A stretch of 64,000 bases of DNA from positions 1,407 to 65,406 of the forward strand of contig CAYXAY010000001.1 of NCBI GenBank assembly GCA_964463155.1, given 5' to 3'. This DNA is from an uncultured archaeon (GTDB lineage Archaea; Iainarchaeota; Iainarchaeia; Iainarchaeales; CSSED10-239). The notes under the pieces were generated by a model. That model worked only from the letters and a program-made list of their open reading frames with translations, was not told where the DNA came from and made no database searches. Positions 38,936 to 48,765 of this stretch are shown one piece after another (position 1 is the first letter of the stretch; every line of letters begins with the position of its first letter). Position numbers and translations under genes: made by a program.

Positions 38936-39976
38936 TCCCAAGTAAAGAAGGCTGTCTTTTTGATGATATCCTTGTATATTTAATGTAACTGTTTCTTTGT
39001 CAAGGTCTTCAGGATAATCCAGTAATGCTTGTGTTTGATTATTGTCATAATTGTATTTTTTACCTTCAATAACAACATTACTAGTGTCTACAAGCGCCGC
39101 CACCTTGTATTTATTGGCGTTGTTGTTAATATTATTGTCAGCAAAGAGTTTATTTATTATTTCAGTGCTAACATTTTCTTGATTAAATACAATAACCAAT
39201 GTATCAGAGTCTTTATTTATTTCAAAGTTATAATCTTTTAGTTTGTTTTCAAGTATTGCAATTGTTTGGTTATCATCAGAGTTGATGTCTGTTTGAAGAT
39301 AAATTATTGGTTCAATTGAAACAACATCAAACTCTCCTGAACTAAAAAGCATCTGTGGCGCGTTACTACTATTATAGATTTCAATTCCGGTAGCACTGAT
39401 TAGTTGTTGGCCAGAAAAACTAGCATAGCACACCACAGTGATGTCGTCCCCTTTTACAGTATTAATATTAACAATGCCCTCAATAGGGGTTGCCCCAAAG
39501 TAATATTCAATACTTTGATTTAAATCGTTTGAGAAGTTCACATCTTCTGGCGCCTCTAATAAAGCAGACTGGTAGATTTCAATAGGCTCCTCTATAATTT
39601 CTATTTCTCTTATTTCAGAAATTATTTCTTGTTTTTTCTCTGCCACAACATTCAATGTAATTACAACACTGATATTTCCGTCTTCTGCTTGCCTAAATGA
39701 TGTGTTTTTTTTTTTAATTCCTTGAATATCCAAAAGTTTATCATTGATTGCGTTTTCTTCATAATATACAGGTCTTCCAGCAACAATAATTTGTGGAAAC
39801 ACATCAAGTACTTTAGCATCAAACTGTGCCTGGTAATTAACAGGTTCAGTGTTTAGATCTGCTAGTGGTTCTTGCGATTCATCGCCACCAAACCCTCTTG
39901 TTATTATCGCAAACATAGACCCTACACACAATAACACAATAAATATAGAAAATGCTGTCTTTTTATCCACTCTCAT
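38924..39976 (-). CDS. Hypothetical secreted/membrane-anchored protein
   Basis: 350 aa, N-terminal TM/signal anchor, Asn/Ile-rich ectodomain. Confidence 0.35.
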   Translation of the reverse strand: MRVDKKTAFSIFIVLLCVGSMFAIITRGFGGDESQEPLADLNTEPVNYQAQFDAKVLDVFPQIIVAGRPVYYEENAINDKLLDIQGIKKKNTSFRQAEDGNISVVITLNVVAEKKQEIISEIREIEIIEEPIEIYQSALLEAPEDVNFSNDLNQSIEYYFGATPIEGIVNINTVKGDDITVVCYASFSGQQLISATGIEIYNSSNAPQMLFSSGEFDVVSIEPIIYLQTDINSDDNQTIAILENKLKDYNFEINKDSDTLVIVFNQENVSTEIINKLFADNNINNNANKYKVAALVDTSNVVIEGKKYNYDNNQTQALLDYPEDLDKETVTLNIQGYHQKDSLLYLGLSK

Positions 39977-40069
39977 AAATAGTTCACTTTTATTATTAGT
40001 TTTTTATATATTATATATACTATTAACTATTTAAATTAAATCATTACGGCCATAAAACAAATGCTTTCA

Positions 40070-40954
40070 AAAAACAAATGGGTTTTAGCACCAATGCTAG
40101 AATACACAAATCTCCGTTTAGACATCTTTGTAAAGGAAACCATTGTTCTTTACTTTACACAAAGATGGTTCACACAAATCATATTCTAAACAAGCGGTTG
40201 TCAGAGATATCAGAATTAGAAGCAAAAGACGAGAATTACCCAGTCTCTCTCCAGCTTGTTGGAAATTTTACTTATAAAAAAACAACAGTCTCTGCTTTTG
40301 AGAAAATAGAAAAGCGCTCTTTCAAGAGAATAGATTTCAACCTTGGATGTCCTTCTCCAAAGGCTGCTGCAGACAAATCTGGTTCTTTCCTTCGAGACGA
40401 TATTTCTGTGTTTCAAAAACCCAAAGGAAATAAAAGAAACGACTAAGAAGATTACAGCAAAGGCAAGGCTCGGAACTACAAAAAACAACAAATCAGTGAT
40501 TGCAAAGACTTTAAAAGATGCAAACAGTGACGCAATAGCAATACATGACCAGCAAAAGATTTAAGGCTATAAATCAAAATCAGATTACAAAGAAGTAGAA
40601 AAAATAGCAAAAGAACTAACAATTTCATTGATCTACAATGGAGACATAAACAAAAATAACTATTCAATGTTTAATGACATTGAGGTATTTTCAGGACTAA
40701 TGCCTGGAAGAACAGCATTAACTGATCCTTATAGATTCTCATTAATAGCAAATAAGAATCCAAAAACCAAAGAAGAAAACATAAAAGCTGTTATTGATTT
40801 TTCAAAAAAATACAATATGTTTTTACATTCCCAGAAAAACGTTCTTTTGCAATTAGTCTCTGGCTTTTTTGGTTCAAGAAAAGTAAGGGAAAAGATAACA
40901 ACTCTAAAAACCAAAGAAGAAATTGATTCCTTGTTCTATAAAAAGAAAAAATAA
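40070..40954 (+). pseudogene. tRNA-dihydrouridine synthase (Dus) pseudogene with >=2 frameshifts and an internal TAA
   Basis: Dus motifs split across frames: VLAPM (frame 2), PFRHLCK...LYTKMV, LQLVGN, DFNLGCPSPKAAADKSGSFL (frame 1), ITAKARLG...AIAIHDQQ-stop(40562-40564) then GYKS..LIYNGDI...GLMPGRTALTDPYRF (frame 2). Confidence 0.65.
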
Positions 40955-41658
40955 ATTACAACTGCCAAAAGAACAATCAAATTAATATACCAATATTTGA
41001 TTAGCATCCTAAGAAAGAAAAGAGCTATATCAAATATTCCAATAAAGAAATCAGCAATGTACTTAAAAAGCTTTTTTGGATCCTTTAAATCGCTCATCAT
41101 TTCTGTAAAAAGCGCACTATCGCTTTTCTTAATCTTTCCAAGTTTTTGTAAATTATTGATTTTTCCCATGACTGCGTCAAAATAAAGCTCTAAGTTATCA
41201 ATATCGCATCTCCAAATAGGTATATACATTTCTTCAAAGCCACTAAGTGAAATGCTAGTCTTTTCAACATTAAACTTGCAAGAAAGCATCTTTGTGACTG
41301 TTTCTTTTGTTTCTTCTATACTTACAAGTGATTTTTTAACTCTGATCTCCACTCTCTCAATAAAAACATCTATGCTATCAAGAACCCGTGGAGTAAACTT
41401 TTCAAGCAATATCAAGAATTCGTCTTCAATCTTATTAGTAAGGGAATTAAGGGCGGTCTGTCCTGAGATATGATGATATTTATTGTCTATTCTACAATCA
41501 ATATCATAGAAGCATACCCAATAAGGCACGATATTAAGGTGAAGATTTTCTTTTGTAATCTTTACCTTGTACCCTTTTTTGTCAAACTCTTTTTGGAATT
41601 TGGAAATCGCTTCCTCAAGAGTTACTTTGACAGGAAAGGAACATTTATTTAATTCCAT
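40936..41658 (-). CDS. Hypothetical tail-anchored protein with internal PxWxCxDID repeat
   Basis: 240 aa; VPYWVCFYDIDCRID and IPIWRCDIDNLE repeats; C-terminal TM; immediately downstream of sepF. Confidence 0.4.
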   Translation of the reverse strand: MELNKCSFPVKVTLEEAISKFQKEFDKKGYKVKITKENLHLNIVPYWVCFYDIDCRIDNKYHHISGQTALNSLTNKIEDEFLILLEKFTPRVLDSIDVFIERVEIRVKKSLVSIEETKETVTKMLSCKFNVEKTSISLSGFEEMYIPIWRCDIDNLELYFDAVMGKINNLQKLGKIKKSDSALFTEMMSDLKDPKKLFKYIADFFIGIFDIALFFLRMLIKYWYINLIVLLAVVIYFFFL

Positions 41659-41663
41659 CTATC

Positions 41664-42005
41664 TTATCTTTTTTTTATCTTGACTTTTGATGGTGTTAAA
41701 AGTATCTTTGCTGCAGAAATCATTGCAAGGTCTCCACCTGTGTCTTTAACATACATTTTTATTTGTCCTAAAAATTGCTTTGCTCTTTGTGCATTTCTCT
41801 TTGTTAAGTTCTCTATGTCTAAAAGAACAATGTTTCTCTCTTTAAGCTCTCTGATAGCTTCTTCAACTTCTGCATTAGTTTGTAAGTTGATAGGTTTTAC
41901 CCAAAAGTCTACTTCTTCTGGTTCCTCGTCAACTTCCATGTTGTTTAAGTAGTCATCAACATCTAAATCTGATTTTTTTGCAAAAACATTGTCAAAAAAT
42001 GCCAT
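41664..42005 (-). CDS. sepF: Cell division protein SepF homolog
   Basis: DUF552 core: IVLLDIENLTKRNAQRAKQFLGQI...DTGGDLAMISAAKILLTPSKV. Confidence 0.65.
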   Translation of the reverse strand: MAFFDNVFAKKSDLDVDDYLNNMEVDEEPEEVDFWVKPINLQTNAEVEEAIRELKERNIVLLDIENLTKRNAQRAKQFLGQIKMYVKDTGGDLAMISAAKILLTPSKVKIKKR

Positions 42006-42192
42006 ATTGTTTCACCTTTTTTATTATTCCCCTTTTTATTAAAAATATATAGTAATATAATACTGAACCAAAATATATAAAAACAAATTGTTCTTTAATA
42101 TAGAACTTTTTTCAGATAATTTCGGGCTTCCCTTTATAAATCTAACATCTCTTTAAATTACTTTTTAGCCATAATTTATATAGGTTACAGAC

Positions 42193-43362
42193 ATGAATCC
42201 AACACACACAATAATCCATTATTCAGAGATTGGAATTAAAAAGAACAACAGGTTTATTTTTGAGACCCAACTTTTAAGAAACATCAATTTCGCGTGTAAA
42301 TACCACATTTTATCGTCATTCAAGAGATATGGAAGAATGGTTCTTGTTCTAAAAGAGGATTCTGATATTTCTACACTTACAAGGATTTTAAAAAATATAC
42401 CTGGAGTCTCAAGTTTTTCTTTTTCATATTTCTGCGAAAGGGATATTGACAAGATTAGAAAGCTTGCTTTTGATATTTCTAAAGCCAAAGAAAAGGAGTT
42501 TTCTAATTTTAGAATAACCACAAGACGCTCCTTTAAAAAATTTCCACTAACTTCTCAAGAAACCGATAAAAAGGTTGGAGAAAATATCTTCATGAAACTT
42601 AAAAAGCCAGTTAAACTAAAGGGTGCTGATCTAGACATTATTATTGAGATAACAGAAAAAGAGGTCTTTGTCTATACCAACAAAGACAGCTTCAAGAGTA
42701 TTGGTGGTCTTCCAGTTGGCTCAACAGGAAAACTAGTATGTTCTCTTTCAGGAGGCATTGACAGTCCTGTTTCTGGCTATATGCTTAACAAAAGGGGTAG
42801 TAAGGTAATTTATGTTCATATCCAAAGCAATAATTTAGTGACAAAGGAAGTCGAAGACAAAATATTCAAGCTTTGTAATGTCCTAAAATACTTTCAAGGC
42901 GAGACAAAGCTTATTATCGTGCCTTTCTCTGATATCCAAAAGCAATTGTTGATGGCAGTTCCTGCTGATTACAGAATGATAATCTATAGAAGATTCATGT
43001 TTAGGATTATTGGAAAAATTGCTGATAAGGAAAATGCCCTTGGCATCATAACTGGTGACTCTGTTGGTCAAGTTGCTTCTCAAACCCTTGAAAACCTCAA
43101 TTGCATCTATGAAGCTAGCCCTCTTCCAGTCATCTCCCCATTAATCGGCCTAAACAAAGAAGAGATAACAGATATTGCTCAAAAGATTGGAACCTATGAC
43201 ATCTCAATTATCCCGTATCCAGACTGCTGTTCCTTTATGGTTGCTGAGCATCCAAAGACCAAAGGCAACCTTAGAGATGTCAAATACATTGAAAGCAACA
43301 TCAAAGACATCGACCTTCTAGTCAACGATGCAATCTCAAAATCAAAGATTTATAATTTCTAA
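42193..43362 (+). CDS. thiI: tRNA 4-thiouridine synthase ThiI (THUMP + PP-loop)
   Basis: PP-loop SLSGGIDSPV; N-terminal ferredoxin-like/THUMP region; 389 aa. Confidence 0.8.
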   Translation: MNPTHTIIHYSEIGIKKNNRFIFETQLLRNINFACKYHILSSFKRYGRMVLVLKEDSDISTLTRILKNIPGVSSFSFSYFCERDIDKIRKLAFDISKAKEKEFSNFRITTRRSFKKFPLTSQETDKKVGENIFMKLKKPVKLKGADLDIIIEITEKEVFVYTNKDSFKSIGGLPVGSTGKLVCSLSGGIDSPVSGYMLNKRGSKVIYVHIQSNNLVTKEVEDKIFKLCNVLKYFQGETKLIIVPFSDIQKQLLMAVPADYRMIIYRRFMFRIIGKIADKENALGIITGDSVGQVASQTLENLNCIYEASPLPVISPLIGLNKEEITDIAQKIGTYDISIIPYPDCCSFMVAEHPKTKGNLRDVKYIESNIKDIDLLVNDAISKSKIYNF

Positions 43363-43372
43363 AGAGAAAAAC

Positions 43373-44413
43373 ATGAAGGACAAAAGAATAGTTGTTGGCG
43401 TTTCTGGTGGTGTTGATTCTTCAATGAGCCTTGTTGTTCTACAGAAGAGGGGGTATACACCAATTGCTGTTTCTCTTAAGCTTCCAGTCTGGAAAGACGC
43501 AAACTGTAAAGACAATTCTTGTTGTACTCCTCAGGCTCTAAAGATAGCAAAAGAGATTTGTAAGAAGTTTGGTATCAAGTATCACGTTGTTGATGAAAGA
43601 AAAAACTTTCAAAAAGAGGTTGTTTCTTATTTCAAAAAGGAATTAAAAAATAACAGAACTCCAAACCCTTGCGTTGTTTGTAATCGTTATTCAAAAATTA
43701 AAGCTCTTCTGGATTTTGCAGATAAACATAAGATAAAATTTGTAGCAACAGGCCATTATGCTAAGATAAAAAACAACAATCTATGTAAACCAAAAGACAA
43801 AGAAAAGGACCAGATTTATGGCCTTTGTCTTCTTAAGAAGGATTGGCTATCAAGAATTATTTTCCCTTTGGCAGATATGACTAAAGACCAAGTATATTCT
43901 CTTGCTCAAAAGCAAGACTTTGATTATTTCTCTAAAACTAAGCAAAGCCAAGATTTTTGTTATGTCTCAGGTAGTGACATTTCAAAATTTGTTGAAAAAG
44001 AACTTGGGAAAAAACCAGGTAAGATTGTTGATGCCCACGGAAAGTTTCTTGGCACCCATAACGGCCTTTGGTTTTATACTCTTGGTCAAAGAAAAGGCCT
44101 GGGAAAAAATGGCAAAAGATATTTTGTGTCTGGGTTTAACACTAAAAAGAATCAATTGATAATTACAGAAAAGCTTGAAAAGAAAATAAAAGAAATTTCT
44201 TTAGAGAAAGTTAATCTTTTAATAGAAAAACTTCCAAAAAATCTAAAAGTTAAGATTAGATATACGACTACAGAGCTTTCAGCAAAAGTAACTTTGCAAA
44301 AAGGAAATAAAGCAAAAGTAATCTTTGCTTTTCCTCAAGCAGTAGTAACTCCTGGTCAGTTCTGTGTGTTTTACAAAGGCGATAAATGCCTAGGCGGAGG
44401 AATAATAAAATGA
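43373..44413 (+). CDS. mnmA: tRNA 2-thiouridylase MnmA/TrmU-family PP-loop ATPase
   Basis: VGVSGGVDSS PP-loop, conserved Cys residues; start ATG 43373 just after thiI stop. Confidence 0.7.
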   Translation: MKDKRIVVGVSGGVDSSMSLVVLQKRGYTPIAVSLKLPVWKDANCKDNSCCTPQALKIAKEICKKFGIKYHVVDERKNFQKEVVSYFKKELKNNRTPNPCVVCNRYSKIKALLDFADKHKIKFVATGHYAKIKNNNLCKPKDKEKDQIYGLCLLKKDWLSRIIFPLADMTKDQVYSLAQKQDFDYFSKTKQSQDFCYVSGSDISKFVEKELGKKPGKIVDAHGKFLGTHNGLWFYTLGQRKGLGKNGKRYFVSGFNTKKNQLIITEKLEKKIKEISLEKVNLLIEKLPKNLKVKIRYTTTELSAKVTLQKGNKAKVIFAFPQAVVTPGQFCVFYKGDKCLGGGIIK

Positions 44414-44997
44414 AATTAAATAACACTTATTTTCTTATGAGACACGGTCAGAGCCTTGCAAATATTAAACATCTAGTTATAAGTGATCCAAAAAACGGTG
44501 TAAATCATTTTGGCCTGTCTGTTCTTGGTAAACTACAAGTACAAGATTCAATTTTAAAAAATAAAGATTTAAATAAAGACACAATAATCTATTCCTCTGA
44601 TTTCAAGAGAGCAAGAGAAACAGCAGAGATTGTTAGTAAATTTTTAAAATCTAAAAAGCCAAATTTATCAAAGGCCTTAAGAGAAAGGCATCTTGGTGTT
44701 TATGAAAAAGGCAAAGACAACATATATCATAAACTCTGGGCAGAAGATATAAAAGGCAAGACTCTAAAAAGTTGCGAGAGTGTAAATTCGGTTGTTAAAA
44801 GAGTAAAAGCTTTTATAAACTATATAGAAAAAAAACAAAAAGGCAAGAGCATCTTATTGGTTGCTCATGGTGACATAATAAGTATTGGTTTATCTGTTCT
44901 TAATAATAAAGATGCGATATACCATCACAAGTTATTTTCAATTCTAAAAAATGCAGAAATAAAGAGAGCGAATACCACACACTTAAAAAGGCTTTGA
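44410..44997 (+). CDS. Histidine phosphatase (phosphoglycerate-mutase-like) family protein
   Basis: LMRHGQS catalytic RHG motif; ATGA start/stop overlap with mnmA. Confidence 0.65.
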   Translation: MKLNNTYFLMRHGQSLANIKHLVISDPKNGVNHFGLSVLGKLQVQDSILKNKDLNKDTIIYSSDFKRARETAEIVSKFLKSKKPNLSKALRERHLGVYEKGKDNIYHKLWAEDIKGKTLKSCESVNSVVKRVKAFINYIEKKQKGKSILLVAHGDIISIGLSVLNNKDAIYHHKLFSILKNAEIKRANTTHLKRL

Positions 44998-45060
44998 TTC
45001 CATATATATAATATTCTCTATGGATAGTTTTGGTAATAGATTAACTGTTTAGTTTATAAT

Positions 45061-46287
45061 GTGGTGAATAAGATGACAGAGAATATATTCTATAATTTCT
45101 TAAATGAAAAGTCGGTTTTTACTGATAAGTCTAAAATTTCTCCACACTATGCCCCAGAAAAACTTCCTTTTAGAGACGAACAGATAAAGAATTTGTCTTT
45201 ATGGCTTTCTCCAGTTCTTAAAAGATCAAAACCCCATAATATCTTTGTTTATGGCAAAGTAGGAACCGGAAAGACAACAGTTGTAAGACATGTTGTTTCT
45301 CAACTTGATTTGTTTGCAAAAGATCAACATCTGCCCCTAGTAAGTATTTATTTAAATTGTAGAAATTATCAAACCAAATATACAGTATTGGTATATTGTG
45401 TTCAATTATTTTATCCAGACCAAAATTTCTTTGGTTATTCCAGATCTTTTATCTATGATAAGTTTCTAACATATATAAAAGAGAATAAAATAAACTTTGT
45501 AATAGTTCTTGACGAGATGGATAAAATAAAAGACAAAGAGATTGATGATTTGATATACACCTTGACAAGAGCAAATGACGAGCTTGAAGGCGGTTCTGTT
45601 TCAATTATTGGTATTTCAAACAATCTTTTTTTTAAAAACAATCTAGATTCAAGAACAAAAAGCACACTTTGTGAGCAAGAGGCCGTCTATCCTCCATACA
45701 ATGCTGAGGAACTAAGAGACATACTTAGTCAAAGAATAGACATCGCTTTTAAAAAAGACGTTGTTAGTGATTCAGCAATTAATGCAGCAGCAGCAATTGC
45801 AGCAAAAGAATCAGGAGATGCAAGACGTGCAGTTATGTTACTTTTAAGGGCAGGAGAGATTGCAGATCTAAATGGCAATCCCAAAGTAACTGACAAAGAA
45901 GTCTATGATGCTAAAGAAAAAGTTGAACAAGAGGTTATGAAAAGCATGGTTCTAACTCTTCCTGTTCAATTGCAACTGGTTCTTTTAGCTATTGCCCAAG
46001 GCTCATTAAAACCTAAAGGAGTTCTTGCAGTTACTGGTCAGTCAATGGATTCAAACATTCTTTATTCTGGAGAAATATATGACAAATATAATTCTCTTTG
46101 TGAAAAATATTCAGAAAAGGCAGTGACAATAAGGTGGTTTAGAGAATACATAACTGAACTAGAAACCTATGGCTTTATATCAACAACAATCTCAGGTAAA
46201 GGCGTTAAAGGAAACACCACACTAATAAGACTTGGAATAGACGCCCAAAGCATAATAGAGTTATTAAAGTCAGAATTCTCAGAATAG
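45061..46287 (+). CDS. orc1: Orc1/Cdc6 replication initiator paralog 1
   Basis: AAA+ Walker A YGKVGTGKTT, Walker B VLDEMD, C-terminal winged helix (RWFREYITELETYGFIS); GTG at 45061 or ATG at 45073. Confidence 0.85.
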   Translation: MVNKMTENIFYNFLNEKSVFTDKSKISPHYAPEKLPFRDEQIKNLSLWLSPVLKRSKPHNIFVYGKVGTGKTTVVRHVVSQLDLFAKDQHLPLVSIYLNCRNYQTKYTVLVYCVQLFYPDQNFFGYSRSFIYDKFLTYIKENKINFVIVLDEMDKIKDKEIDDLIYTLTRANDELEGGSVSIIGISNNLFFKNNLDSRTKSTLCEQEAVYPPYNAEELRDILSQRIDIAFKKDVVSDSAINAAAAIAAKESGDARRAVMLLLRAGEIADLNGNPKVTDKEVYDAKEKVEQEVMKSMVLTLPVQLQLVLLAIAQGSLKPKGVLAVTGQSMDSNILYSGEIYDKYNSLCEKYSEKAVTIRWFREYITELETYGFISTTISGKGVKGNTTLIRLGIDAQSIIELLKSEFSE

Positions 46288-46350
46288 GCCATTTGGAGCA
46301 ACAAAATCTATTTAAATATCTTTTTTTGCATATATTATTTGTGACTAGCT

Positions 46351-46890
46351 ATGGATGATTCTAAAAAGATTCTAGACCCTATAAGGGTAAAAATTTTATC
46401 TTCTATGAGAAAAGAGAGAGTGTTAGTTCCAAATATCAGGCAATTAAAAAAACACACCGGCTTTCACAGAGCAACAATAAAGTCATCAATTGACTTTATG
46501 GAAAAGCAAGGGTTAATCAAACATTACATTCCATCATTAAACGCATCAATTGCAGGTTATGGTCTAAGGGTCTGGACATATCTTCAAATGGATATCTCAA
46601 ATAAAAAAACAAATGTAAATCTAAGAAAAATAGTAACATCAATACCAAATGTCTATCATTGTTCAGAAGTCATTACAGAAAAAGGATACAATATAGCAAT
46701 AGGCTATCTTGCAAAAAACGTTGAAGATTATTACAATAATGTTCAAAGACAATATTTTTATAATTCACCAGAAGTATACGACCTAGTAAAAGAAAGAACA
46801 GTATTTTATCTTTCTGATCCCACCTATGTCCAGAAAAGCCACAGCAGCACTTTGATTGATATTCTTGAAAAAGAACAAGGAATAGAATAA
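46351..46890 (+). CDS. Winged-helix DNA-binding protein (putative transcription regulator)
   Basis: N-terminal wHTH-like segment IRVKILSSMRKERVLVPNIRQLKKHTGFHRATIKSSIDFMEKQGLI. Confidence 0.4.
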   Translation: MDDSKKILDPIRVKILSSMRKERVLVPNIRQLKKHTGFHRATIKSSIDFMEKQGLIKHYIPSLNASIAGYGLRVWTYLQMDISNKKTNVNLRKIVTSIPNVYHCSEVITEKGYNIAIGYLAKNVEDYYNNVQRQYFYNSPEVYDLVKERTVFYLSDPTYVQKSHSSTLIDILEKEQGIE

Positions 46891-46893
46891 TAT

Positions 46894-47694
46894 ATGGAAA
46901 TAGAAATTAATTATGAATTATCTGCAGGAAAGAATGCAGAAAACAAATACAAGGGTAGAAACAGATATCTAGAAAAGATTAAAGGAATAGATAAAGCCCT
47001 AGAGATAACCAAACAAAAGACGTGTCTACTAGAGAAAGCTAAAGAAAAAAAGCCAAAGTTTGAGATTAAGAAAAAAGAAGAAAGAACAAAAGAATGGTAT
47101 GAAAAATTCAACTGGTTTTTTACAACAAATGGTTTTTTAGTGATTGCAGGACGTGATGCAAAGAATAATGAGCAGCTTGTAAAAAAGCATTTCTCAGTTA
47201 ACGACCTTTATTTTCACGCAGATATCCATGGTGCACCCCACATAGTTATTCAAAACCCTAAAAACCTAGAGATTAAAGATATTGACAAACAAGAAGCAGC
47301 AAACTTTGCTGCCATTCATTCTTCTGCTTGGTCAAGCGGGATCTTTTCTGTTGATGTTTATTCTGTTGGCTATGGCCAAGTGTCTAAGACCGCAGGTTCT
47401 GGAGAGTCTCTTGGTACGGGTGCTTTTGTTATAAGAGGCAAAAGAGAATATTATAAAAAAATCAATCTTGAAATTGCTGTTAGTTTTGACAACAAAAGAA
47501 AAGTTGTAATTGCAGGTCCGGTATCTGCAGTTTCAGTAGTATCCAAAGATTTCTTTGTTTTGGTTCCGGGAAAGACCAAAAAATCAGATATATGTAAAGA
47601 GCTAAAGGAAAGATTTTCAAAGAAAAACATTTCTCTTTCTGTTGATGAAGTAATGTCGAACCTCCCACCAGGAGATTGTGATATAAAGGTATAA
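46894..47694 (+). CDS. NFACT-R (DUF814) domain protein, truncated NEMF/Rqc2-like
   Basis: FLVIAGRDAKNNEQLVKKHFSVNDLYFHADIHGAPHIVIQ matches NFACT-R core. Confidence 0.55.
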   Translation: MEIEINYELSAGKNAENKYKGRNRYLEKIKGIDKALEITKQKTCLLEKAKEKKPKFEIKKKEERTKEWYEKFNWFFTTNGFLVIAGRDAKNNEQLVKKHFSVNDLYFHADIHGAPHIVIQNPKNLEIKDIDKQEAANFAAIHSSAWSSGIFSVDVYSVGYGQVSKTAGSGESLGTGAFVIRGKREYYKKINLEIAVSFDNKRKVVIAGPVSAVSVVSKDFFVLVPGKTKKSDICKELKERFSKKNISLSVDEVMSNLPPGDCDIKV

Positions 47695-48154
47695 AAAGCA
47701 ATTGTAAATAAATTATTTAGTGATAATCGCGGCTTCAAGAAACACAGAGCTTTTTAAAACGCAAAAACAAATAAGGTAAGCCGTTGACGATAATGTGATG
47801 ACAGAAAGACAAGCGATAAATCATCTTAATAAGATTAACCTACAACTGAAAAAAGAAAAAGGCACATATCAAGAAGCTCTTGCAGTAATGCACACACAAA
47901 CAAAAATTCTGAATTCTAGGAAACTATAAAAAGATTTCCAGATAGCTTTCAAAAAAACATAAAAATCGCTTTTAAAAATTCTAAGTTTACCTATTCAGAT
48001 TATAGAAAATATTTATTACCAGTTGTAGATAGACTTGACACCAACATTAATTAATTATCTACAGAAATAGAGTTTAGAAAAAAAAGCAGTCTTAAAACCA
48101 AAATCTGTTTCTAAAAGAGAAATAAAAAGAAAATATTTTGCTAAATTGTTTTTT

Positions 48155-48763
48155 CTAAAATATACCTGTAAAGAAAATCAATATTACTGGTATTGCTATT
48201 AATATTCCCCAGACAAGAGGATTCCATCTCATTATTTTTGCACCATCAAGTGGTCCAAACGGTATAAGATTAAAGAAAGCAATCCACAGATTAATAAAAA
48301 CACCGTAACTAACAATCAACAATGGCGCCCCAAAGATTGCTGCAATAAAAAACAAAAATGCCATTATAAGATTTGATACAGGCCCAGCAACAGAAATTAT
48401 TCCGTCTTCTTTAACACTATGGCTTTTCCCAAAGATATAAACCGCCCCAGGAGCAACAAAAACTAATCCTAGAAGTCCAGCTAGAGTAATCCCTGCCAAA
48501 AGAAAAACCGGCCACATAACAAATCTTGCTTGTGCCCCCAGATGTATCCCAGTATATTTGTGTGCCATTTCATGCACAATAAAGCTTGTTGCAGTGATAA
48601 GCAGGCTTAGCCCAAACTGTGTGAAAAAACCACTCCAGGTAAAAACAAACTGCTTGGTCGTTAGATAATCTAAAAGGCTATAGTTGCCAAGAACAATTGT
48701 AAAACATAACGATATTGTAAGCCACGCAATTATTAAATCAAAAATTTCGGAATGCTGTTTCAT
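48155..48763 (-). CDS. M50-family (site-2 protease-like) membrane zinc metalloprotease
   Basis: HEMAH HExxH in TM helix, second-site LDG motif (FGPLDGAKI); 202 aa. Confidence 0.7.
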   Translation of the reverse strand: MKQHSEIFDLIIAWLTISLCFTIVLGNYSLLDYLTTKQFVFTWSGFFTQFGLSLLITATSFIVHEMAHKYTGIHLGAQARFVMWPVFLLAGITLAGLLGLVFVAPGAVYIFGKSHSVKEDGIISVAGPVSNLIMAFLFFIAAIFGAPLLIVSYGVFINLWIAFFNLIPFGPLDGAKIMRWNPLVWGILIAIPVILIFFTGIF

Positions 48764-48765
48764 GT

